NCBI GenBank assembly: GCA_964016885.1
Contig: OZ024740.1
Location: 359,724,001-359,788,000 of the forward strand
Length of the DNA stretch: 64,000 nt
Source: Eledone cirrhosa
Taxonomy: Eukaryota
Direction of reading: 5' to 3'
Position 1 is the first letter of the stretch; every line of letters begins with the position of its first letter. The notes under the pieces are model-generated. The model did not search any database. It saw nothing but the letters and a program-made list of their open reading frames with translations, and was not told the origin of the DNA. The position numbers and the translations under genes are program-made. This document shows, in pieces, positions 42,601 to 54,600 of this stretch.

Positions 42601-45600
42601 TTTTAGTTTGTGAGTGGATAAACTAGTGATTTCATCATATATCCTGTACAAGATACATATAAGATTTATTATATCTCATCAAAATATAAAGTGTGAGTCT
42701 TTTTACCTGGAAAAAAGTCTTTACTTCAGTTTTTTCTACTATTACAATGGTTGAAGAAATCAAAAGAAAACATACCCAACAGCCCGGTTCTGATTACCAA
42801 CGTTCATGACATGTTCAATTTCTTTTGCACTTTTCGTCACAAATGAAGACAAGTCCTGTAGATGAAACCAAAGCAATTATACTGTAAGTTAAACCCGATG
42901 AATGACAAGGATGTAGTTTTAGATAGAATTCTAGAGGCATCAGAGAGGAGTTTCAGTTAGATCTTGTTGAAGAACAAAATCTCCATATGGTTTAAATGCA
43001 CAAGTTTCCGATATCCAAGTAGTTAAAAAATGTGAACAGAAGGGCACCTAAGAGCCATGGCCTGGATACGGCCCACTCCCTTAGAGTATAATAAGACAAG
43101 GGCTGAAATACTTGCATGAGAGTAGGGGAGCTTCTTCTCTAAAGACTTTCCAGCTCTCCTGAGAATTTCTTACTACTACTAGATTCACTTGTTTCTGTAT
43201 AATGAATCAACTACCTTTAAATTACATAGCTGCCTCCACCGGAAGCTACTTACACACACATCTGTGTGTTTGTTTGTGTGGTTAAGGTAGTGGGCTCATG
43301 ATCATAGGGTTGTGAGTTTGATTCCCAGACTGGAACAGCCAACTGTACTTGAGCAAAACTCTTTATTTCACGTTGCTCCAGTTCACTCAGCTAGAAAATT
43401 CAGTTGTATTTGTAATTCTAGCGGCCAACATTGTCATGCACTGTGTCACGCTGAATCTCACTGAGAACTATGTTAAGAATAGATGTGTCTCTAGAATGCT
43501 CAGTCACTTGAGTGCTAAATTCATAAGAAGGCTGTTCTGTTGATTAAATCAACAGGTGCACTTATTGACAGAAACAACAGATGTTCAACAGCATGTAAAA
43601 AATGCATGATTATGTGACATTGTCTCAGAAGCTATACTGTGTGCATGGTCTGAGACAAAACCAAATATTAATACTTTCATCTACAAAATGTAACAAAAAC
43701 AAACAAACAAAGGTAGAGAGGATAGCATTCAATAGAGACAGAAACAGTAACTGAATATATATAATGCACATCATGGTATAGTGTGCAGCATGGTATAGCG
43801 CACTCCATCGCTCAGAAGAGATTTTAATCTCGAAATATCAGGACATAAATAAATTAAGGTAAAACACATAACATTTAGTTTCACTCTTTATTCATCCATT
43901 GCACATTGCTGTGGCTTTCAAACTTCAAATTGTATACACAGACACACACAGAGGGAGAGAGACAGAGGAAAAATGGAAGTTGAATAATGAGGATATATAT
44001 ATCAAGGATGATATATATATATCAAAGTATTAGGTTGGGGAATAAGTCGTGACCATTTTTTTCAAATTAGAAAAATGTATGGAGAAACGGAACACATTTG
44101 CAAATGTTTTATGTTTGTTCAATGAGATTTTATTGCTCTAAAAGATAGCGTCTTTGTTTTTTTAATTTCATTGCTTTTCGTTCAGTTTCAGAGCATTAAA
44201 ATGGAATGTCAAGTGAACAGAATTGAGCATTTTCGACACCTTTTGCTTTTTGCATTTAATCGAGGTTTGAACGCCGCCAAAGCTGCTCGTGAGATTTGTG
44301 ACGTGTATAGAGAAGGAGCAATGCCTCAACGTACCGCCTGCCGTTGGTTTTTACGCTTTAAAAATGGGAATTTTGAGCTTAAGGATGGGTCACGCTCCGG
44401 TCGACCAATTGAATTTGATAAGGAGTGATTAAACCAACTTCTTCACGAAAATCCACGTCAGACGACCAGAGAATTGGCTGAACAGATGAATTGTGACCAT
44501 AAAACTGTGGTAAACCACATTCAATGGGCAAGGTTCAGAAACTTGGCGCATGGCTGCCACACGCTTTGAGCGAAAACAACAGAAATCAGTGCTCCACGAT
44601 TTCCGTCAGTTTGCTTACTCGACATCGCTTAACACATCCACCATACTCTCCAGACTTGGCACCATCAGATTTCCACCTCTTTTGATCACTTTCGAATGCA
44701 TTGCGTGATGTATCGTTCAATAATGATATGGATTTGAGCGCTTGGTTGAACCAATTCTTCAGTTCAAAACCGCCAAGCTTTTATTGCCAAGGCATAGATA
44801 AACTTATTGAAAAATGGGAGGAGGTCATCAACAACAACGGAGATTATCTTGTTGACTAGTTTTATGCAATTTAATATTGTAAAACTATGACAATAAAACA
44901 TTTTGAAAAACGGTCATGACTTATTCCTCAACCCAATAGATGTGGGAGTTGGTAGATATGTAGAAGACAGAGATGGAGCAGTTGGAGTGGTAAGTAGAAA
45001 TAAACAGGTCTAGAAAGATACAGAGGTGGTGGAAATGGTAAAGGAAAATTCTAAGGCAGGGTGGAAGGAGTTAATGAAGGAGGTGAGCTGTTCTTTTAAC
45101 TTACTTTGACATACACACCAGTATCAGGTCGTTCCTTTAATTCAAGCCGTTTGGACTGATCTTTGGAAAGTAGATCTCGAATTTCTTCCTAGAAATGTAA
45201 TGAAAAGTAAAAAAAATATTTGACAGATTATATATGGCCAACAAAATTTAATTATCACTAATTATCAAAAATATTCCATTAAAGTATTTGAAAATAGGAA
45301 AAAATATGTTGATATGAAATGTATTTTTTTTTTTTTTTCCCACAATTCAAATAATAGTGTTTTACGAATTACACTTCCTCACCCTTTGGGATTAAACTGT
45401 CCTTTATTGTAAAACAAAAACAAGGTAGACATAAAATATATTTTCGATATTACTAATATTTTTTTTCATCAACTTTACCAGGAGGATTTGAACTCAGAAT
45501 TTGGAGGATGAAAAGGAAAGTTGAGCCAACATTACCACCTTTACCGTTTTCTTTACAAAGTAAACACTACATTGCATAATGTTTTGTTTTTTCATATATA

Positions 45601-48600
45601 ATTAAAAAATGTTAAATCTAGTGATAGAGGGCATGTCATCATCATCATCGTTTAACGTCCATCTTCCACGCTTGCATGGGTTTGGACAGGAATTTTCCCA
45701 CTTGAGGCAAGTTGGTTGTCTTGCTCGTATAGGACTGTCTGGCGGGTTTTCTACGGCTGGAAGCCCTTCCTAACACCAACCACGTTTACAGTGTTGACTG
45801 GGAGGTTTTTACCGTGTTACCTACACGGCCACATTACAGCGTGGACTGTGTGTTTTTTTGTTGTGATACCTATACAACATCATTTATTTCGGACTGGATG
45901 TTGTGGTACCAACATAACTTTACATCGAAAGGGGTGGTGTGTATGGGATGGGGGTGTAATTTTGTTAGAGGTGCCTACTGACTGTAGGTTTCGCTTTGTA
46001 CTTTGGCAAGGCGGGTCTTCTGTATTACTGTGTAGCGCCAAAGATCTTAGTCCAGTGACATTGTCTTGGAGAGGTGTAAGTGTGTGAGGTCGGAATTTAT
46101 CAAGTCATCCCAGGTTTTTCTGGGTCTGCCTACTCCGTGGCTACCGTCTATTTTTATCGCCCTGCACTTTTTTATACAGCTGTCGTCTTTCATGAGCATC
46201 ACGTGACCGTACCAACGTAGTCTTCTCTCGAGTAAACAACATCTGATCCCTCTTATTCCTAATTTCTCCCTTAGTTCGTTTATGCTTTGCCGTTCACGTA
46301 TATTACTATTACACATCCAGCGGAGCATGCAAGCTTCGTTCCTCTCCAATCTGCGTATATCCTCTGCACACAATGCCCAAGTCTCACTGCCATACAACAT
46401 TGCTGTTCGTATGCAGGCATCATACAGCCTGCCTTTCATTTTTAGAGAGAACCCTTTAGCGGCCAATAGTGGTATAAGCTCTCTGAACTTTTTCCATCCC
46501 GTTCTGACTCTAGCTACTGTACTTTCAGAGCACCCTCCACCACTGCTGATTTTGTCACCCAGGTAACGGAAGGTGTCCACTATTTCTATAGAACCATCTG
46601 TGCAATGGAATGAGCTAGTATTCTGTGGGCACTTGCTGCTACTTATTGCACCAGAGCACCGGCCACATATAAAATCTATATTCTTAGTTAGCTTACCTGT
46701 GATCCCACATCTTTTATGCACCCATACTTTGCATTTTGGACATAAAATGGAGTTTCTGCCTACTCCTTTCCTACACACTGAGCATGGCCATTTCCCAGAT
46801 GGGACCGGTGCCCTATTTTCCTTCCTACAAACTAGAACTTTAGTCTTAGACAGGTTAATTTTAAGGCCTTTTGATTCTAGGCCATGCTTCCATGTTTGGA
46901 ATTTCTTCTCTAGTTCAGCCATTGATTCAGCTATGAGCGTTAGATCATCTGCGTATAGGAGTTCCCATGGGCAGCTGGTCTTGAACTCCTCTGTTATAGC
47001 CTGAAGGGCAATAATAAATAGTAGGGGGCTAAGAACGGAGCCCTGATGAAGACCAACTTTTACGCTAAACTCTTCACTATATTCATTGTTAATTCTAACC
47101 TTGCTGACTGTTTCTTTATACATGGCTTGTATAGCTCTCACAAGCCATTCATCAACACCTAGTTTTCTAAGAGCCCACCAGATAATAAAGCGGGGGGACT
47201 CTGTCAAAGGCTTTCTCCAAGTCAACAAAAGCTAAGTATAGGGGTTTACTTTTAGCTAGGTACTTCTCCTGTAGTTGTCGTACAATGAAAAGAACGTTTG
47301 TGGTATTTTATAGATACTGCACAATGTTCTATTTAATATTTTCATTGTGACCTTTTTAACTACTCCAGATGTTACACCAGAATTGCTCAGCCTGCTCAGT
47401 AGTTGGTGTTTTATCAATTATTATTGGTTGTATTTCTATCTTTCAACAACATTTTTTCACATCCATCTTGTTTCACCTGTAATTTTTTTTGTACCTTATA
47501 CATTGGGTTTTGGCTTGTATTTACAGCTTAAGCTGTTCTTTGATTGGTGTTATGCCTTCCATATTTTAGTTCCCTTCTTTTTCTTGTTTTCACATCCTTG
47601 TTCTTGCTGCATTGCTTGAAGAACAATATTTCTCATCTTATGAGATCAATTTCTTTTTCTACTGTATCACATTCCTGGTGATAATCACTAACAACTCCCT
47701 CTAACATTCCTTTAACAGTAGTTAGGCTTTGTGGACTGAAAACAAAGATTTTTCTTTGTTTATCATAATATGGAAATTAAATTGCAAGTAAGGAGCATTA
47801 ACATCTCAAACAATGTGGTTTGGATAGAAGAAACAGCTATTTTTATCTAAAGTAACAACGGTTTACAAATTAACTGATGGAAATTCAGATAATATGAGGA
47901 CGATAAAGAAGCAATTATCAAACCTGATATATTTCAAGATATGAAGCTCTCACTAAATACTGTTGGTTTTCAGAACGTGAAATATGTTGAAAAATATGCT
48001 CAAAAGAATTTGGAATCACACCACGCATATCTGGGTCATTTTTAACACCTGAAAAGACAAGATTTAATCTCATCAGTCATTAAAGTCACAAAAAAAAAAA
48101 AAAAATGCAACATTTAGATAATATTGAGTGTTCCAGAATTTTGAAGCATTTTTAAACAAAACATTTATTGTGAACTCAATCTATATATTAATTCTTGGCA
48201 AAAGATGGTCACTACCAGTCTGACTCTGTTACATGAAAACAAAATCTGTGGTAGTGACCCAACAACCCATTTACTTGCTAACATATAAGCTGGTACATAA
48301 TTAGGTATCAACTTCTCCCAAGTTCATGATTGATGCTCCAGCAAACACAGGGACGCAAGAGGCCCATGGCCACTAACATCCAGCAGATCTACTAGCAGAG
48401 GTCCATGGCCACTAACATCCAGTTGATCTACTAGCAGAGGTCCATGGCCACTAACATCCAGTTGATCTACTAGCAGAGGTCCATGGCCACTAACATCCAG
48501 CAGATCTACTAGCAGAGGTCCATGGCCACTAACATCCAGTTGATCTACTAGCAGAGGTCCATGGCCACTAACATCCAGTTGATCTACTAGCAGAGGTCCA

Positions 48601-51600
48601 TGGCCACTAACATCCAGCAGATCTACTAGCAGAGGTCCATGGCCACTAACATCCAGTTGATCTACTAGCAGAGGTCCATGGCCACTAACATCCAGTTGAT
48701 CTACTAGCAGAGGCCCATGGCCACTAACATCCAGTTGATCTACTAGCAGAGGCCCATGGCCACTAACATCCAGCAGATCTACTAGCAGAGGTCCATGGCC
48801 ACTAACATCCAGCAGATCTACTAGCAGAGGTCCATGGCCACTAACATCCAGTTGATCTACTAGCAGGGGGCCCATGGCCACTAACATCCAACTGAACTAC
48901 TAGCAGGGGGTCCACAGCCACTAACATCCAACTGAACTACTAGCAGGGATCCATGGCCACTAACATCCAGCAGATCTACTAGCAGGGGGCCCATGGCCAC
49001 TAACATCCAACTGAACTACTAGCAGGGGGTCCACAGCCACTAACATCCAGTTAAACTACTAGCAGAGGTCCATGGCCACTAACATCCAGTTGATCTACTA
49101 GCAGAGGTCCATGGCCACTAACATCCAGTTGATCTACTAGCAGGGGTCCATGGCCACTAACATCCAGTTGATCTACTAGCAGGGGTCCATGGCCACTAAC
49201 ATCCAGTTGATCTACTAGCAGGGGTCCATGGCCACTAACATCCAGTTGATCTACTAGCAGGGGTCCATGGCCACTAACATCCAGTTGATCTACTAGCAGG
49301 GGTCCATGGCCACTAACATCCAGTTGATCTACTAGCAGGGGTCCATGGCCACTAACATCCAGTTGATCTACTAGCAGAGGTCCATGGCCACTAACATCCA
49401 GTTGATCTACTAGCAGGGGTCCATGGCCACTAACATCCAGTTGATCTACTAGCAGGGGTCCATGGCCACTAACATCCAGTTGATCTACTAGCAGAGGTCC
49501 ATGGCCACTAACATCCAGTTGATCTACTAGCAGGGGTCCATGGCCACTAACATCCAGTTGATCTACTAGCAGGGGTCCATGGCCACTAACATCCAGTTGA
49601 TCTACTAGCAGGGGTCCATGGCCACTAACATCCAGTTGATCTACTAGCAGGGGTCCATGGCCACTAACATCCAGTTGATCTACTAGCAGGGGGTCCATGG
49701 CCACTAACATCCAGTTGATCTACTAGCAGGGGGTCCGTGGCCACTAACATCTTATGCACTGCCATTTTCCTCCATACTGGTCTTGTACCTCCCCTGGTCC
49801 CCTTCATGTATTCTTCAATGTCGTCTCTCCATCATCTTCCGTCTGTCTCTTCATCTTCTCTTACAGCTGCCCTCCTACACTGCTTCTTTTTGTTCATCTA
49901 TTGTCCTTTTCTTCTGACTAAATATCTTGCTTACCTCCACATAGTTTTTGCTAATTTCCTGAAGTATATCTCTACCTGCTGTCTTCCTTCTTAATTCTTC
50001 ACACCTAATTCTATCTTTCATGACATTCATTCTTCCTTCCATGGCATATTGCATTGATCCAATTTTGTTTGAGGAGATCTGTTTTACCTGTCTACTTTTG
50101 TCTTAAGATATCATCATCTGTGATTTCAATGCACACAATTTTAGTTCACGGAATCTCCACCAACACTAAGGATCAAGTATATATATCATTCTGAATTACA
50201 CTACATGCATTACACTCATCACACATTACTACCACAAACTGATTTCTAAAAAACACCAGTTGGTTTACTTGCATTTATGATGCAATATAACAGGTAAAAA
50301 AAAATACTTATAACAGCTGGGTGACAAATACATTACGTACAACAGCTGTGTGATGAAAACTACCTACAACAGCTGTGTGATAAACACTACCTACAACAGC
50401 TGTGATAAACACTACCTACAACAGCTGTGTGATAAACACTACCTACAACAGCTGTGATAAACACTACCTATAGCAGCTGGGTGATAAACATTACATTACC
50501 TACAACAGCAGTGTGATAAACACTAACTATAGCAGCTCGGTGATAAATGTTATCACATTACCTACAACAGCAGTGTAATAAATATTGCCACATTACCTAC
50601 AATAGATGTATGGTAAATATTACCTATAACAGCTGTGTGACAAATATTACCTACAACAGCTGTGTGATAAACACTACCTACAACAGCTATGTGATAAACA
50701 CTACAACAGCTGGGTGGTAAATACTACCTATAACAGCTATGTGATAAATACTTCATATAACAGCTATGTGATAAATACTTCATATAACAGCTATGTGATA
50801 AATACTTCATATAACAGCTATGTGATAAATACTTCATATAACAGCTATGTGATAACTACTACAATAGCTGTGTGATAAACACTACCTACAACAGCTATGT
50901 GATAAATACATCTACAACAGCTATGTGATAATCACCATCACCATTGTTTAAGCATGGGTTAGACAAAATACTACCTACAACAGCTGTGTGATAAACACTA
51001 CCTACAACAGCTAAGTAAAAATCAACTACCACCTAGAACAGCTGTGTGATATCACCCAGAATTTCCAACTGGTAGGTAATTGTTCATCACAACAGTGTCA
51101 GCAAGATAACCACAATGAAATCAAAGAATTCCTTTGTGCACTACATAGCATAAAGATTCTCATCTCTGGAAATGTAACAGGGGACTACTGGTAATTAAAC
51201 ATAGAACAAGTTCAGGCTGTAGAGATTGAAGAAAGTGGGAAGACTGGCAAAGATAGAAGCTAGCTCCAAAGTGTACTTTTTGAAGACAATGGAAAGAACA
51301 TTGGCAGGGCCAGTTAAGCAAATGGAGTAGAGTTTGGGAGTTCTAGTGAGTGTATGCAGTGTGGAATTGAAAATACATGAAGTGGTCTTTTCAGTGAAAG
51401 TGCTATGTACAGAACTATATTGGTTGAAAAGTAGCAATGAGGTGGATTCTGCTATGTTGGTAGAGACTCTTTCAGCAAATGGTCAGCATCAACTATATTA
51501 ATCTCACCAGTCCAGAAAGGCCTGCAAATGCCATGAACTATGTTCTTCCTCTGAGTAATTGATAATAAACATATACACACAAGAAAAATTTTGTCTAAAA

Positions 51601-54600
51601 ATTTTTCATGCCCATACCTTGCATAGTAAATGTCTTTCCTGTGCCTGTTTGACCATAAGCAAATATTGTTCCATTAAAACCTTCCAGTACAGACTGCACA
51701 AGAGGACGAAATGTTTCTTCATAAAGATCCCGTTGCTTTGAACTGAAAACAAAAACCAATGAGTTTATATCAATATTTCAACAACCTCCAATAGTCATAC
51801 TTATACAATTCTGTTTCGGTCTCTTTGTTAATTAATTGGTATTGGCATTTTTTTTTTATAATCAGCCATTATTGTTTATTTTTTTATTATTATTGATAAG
51901 CATAAATGTCAAACAAAGAAAACAATGGGTGACAGAGAAAATCAGAAAATACATTGGGTTCAACATGTAGACATACATACAAAACATTATTTCCTGAAAC
52001 ATCAAATCCCGCCGAGGTTAACTTTGCCTTTCATCCTTACGGGGTCGATAAAATAAAGTACCAGTAATGCACTGGGTAATTGCTAGCCTTGTGCCTAATG
52101 TAGAAACAATTATTTCCTGAGACACACAATCTAAGCCCACCTGTATAATATAACTCTGTTCCTTGTACTTGAATGTGCTAATCTACATAACGAGAAATTA
52201 TGTGGAACTACATTGCTCCAGTCTACTCAGCTGGCAAAAGATGAGTTGTACTTGTATTTCAAAGGGCCAGCATTGTCACACTTGTGTCAAGATGAATTTC
52301 CCTAAGAACTATGTTGAGGGTGTACAGATCTGTGAAATGCCTAGCCATTTACATGTCAATTTCTCAAGAAAGCTGTTCTGTTGATCAAACAATTGGAACA
52401 CTAATATTTGTGGATGTAACATGACCAACTGGTTTAGAATTTCACCTCACAATCATCAGGTCATGGTTCCATACTGTCATGATTGAATATTTGTACTGTA
52501 AACTCACCACTTTAACCCTTTTTATACCAAATCACCTGAAACCACATTTGTTCTATCAAACGGGCGTTTTTTTAAGTAATTATATTTATCTAAAAAATCT
52601 TACATATAATTTAATATAAAAACATTTTTTGTTATGTTACAAATACCAGTTTAATAATGAAAAAGTTATATTAATAAATCTCACCAAATTCCCAACTATT
52701 TTCAAAATGATTTGAAAATCATAAGCAGTGTCTTTAATTAGAAATATAGTAACCAAAGGGTTGACATATTTTGCAATGAGAACAAGGCTATTGATAATGC
52801 AAACATTCCAAAGAGATATAGTTCTGCACACCTGTGTGGATATTTCAAAGTTTAGGATAAAGAGAAGTTATGGGTAGCAACTGCTTTCCTAAAATCCTCC
52901 ATATGTTAATAACTAATCCTGATCATCATCATCATCATCATCGTTTAACGTCCATATTCCATGCTTGCATGGGTTTGGACGGGAGTTTTCCCACTTGAGG
53001 CAAGAGTGGTTGTCTTGCTCGCATAGGACTGTCTGGCGGGTTTTCTACGGCTGGATGCCCTTCCTAACACCAACCACATTTACAGTGTGGAACTGGGAGG
53101 TTTTTACTGTGTTACCTACACGGCCACATTGCAGCGTGGACTGTGTGTTTTTTTTGTCGTGACACCTACACGACCTCATTTGTTTCGGCCTGGATGTTGT
53201 GGTACCAACATAACTTTACATTGAAAGGGGCGGTGTGGATGGGGTGGGGGTAGTGGGACGGGGGTGTATTTTGTTAGAGGTGCCTACTGACTGTAGTAGG
53301 TTTTACTTTGTATTTAGGTAAGGCGGGTCTTCTCTATTACTGTGTAGCGCCAAAGATCTCAGTCCAGTGACATTGTCTTGGAGAGGTGTAAGTGTGTGAG
53401 GTCGGAATTTATCAAGTCGTCCCAGGTTTTTCTGGGTCTGCCTACTCCGTGGCTACCGTCTATTTTTATCGCTCTGCACTTTTTTATACAGCTGTCGTCT
53501 TTCATGCGCATCACGTGACCATACCAACGTAGCCTTCTCTCGAGTAAACAACATCTGATCCCTCTTATTTCTAATTTTTCCCTTAGTTCATTTATGCTTT
53601 GCCGTTCACGTATATTACTATTACACATCCAGCAGAGCATGCAAGCTTCGTTCCTCTCTAGTCTGCGTATATCCTCTGCACACAATGCCCAGGTCTCACT
53701 GCCATGCAACATTGCTGTTCGTATGCAGGCATCATGCAGCCTGCCTTTCATTTTTAGGGAGAACCCTTTAGCGGCTAATAGTGGTATAAGCTCTCTGAAC
53801 TTTTTCCATCCAGTTCTGACTCTAGCTACTGTACTTTCAGAGCACCCTCCCCCACTGCTGATTTTGTCACCCAGGTAACGGAAGCTGTCCACTATTTCTA
53901 TAGAACCCTCTGTGCATATGAAAGAGCTAGTATTCTGTGGGCACTTGATGCTACTTATTGCACCAGAGCACCGGCCACATGTAAAATCTATGTTCTTAGT
54001 TAGCTTACCTGTGATCCCACTACATGTTTTATGCACCCATACTTTGCATTTTGGACATAAAATGGAGTTTCTGCCTACTCCTTTCCTACACACTGAGCAT
54101 GGCCATTTCCCGGATGGGACCGGCGCCCTATTTTCCTTCCTGCTTCCATGTTTGGAATTTCTTCTCTAGTTCGGCCATTGATTCAGCTATGAGCGTTAGA
54201 TCATCTGCGTATAGGAGTTCCCATGGACAGCCGGTCTTGAACTCCACTGTTATAGCCTGAAGGGCAATAATAGTAGGGGGCTAAGAACGGAGCCCTGATG
54301 AACAACTTTTACGCTAAACTCTTCACTATATTCATTGTTAATTCTAACCTTGCTGACTGTTTCTTTATACATGGCTTGTATAGCTCTCACAAGCCATTCA
54401 TCAACACCTAGTTTTCTAAGAGCCCACCAGATAATGGAACGGGGGACTCTGTCGAAGGCTTTCTCCAAGTCGACAAAAGCTAAGTATAGGGGTTTACTTT
54501 TAGCTAGGTACTTCTCCTGTAGTTGTCGTACAATGAAAAGAGCGGCTGTGGTACTTTTGCTTCTGATACTAAATAGAAATATTAAACATTATGTAATCAT

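Noticed and set aside
46282-47004. Long plus-strand ORFs overlapping the RTE copies
   Set aside because: They are antisense shadows of the RT reading frame with no independent motifs.
48357-49752. CRISPR-like array
   Set aside because: Units are contiguous with no unique spacers, there are no cas genes, and the context is a eukaryotic intron.
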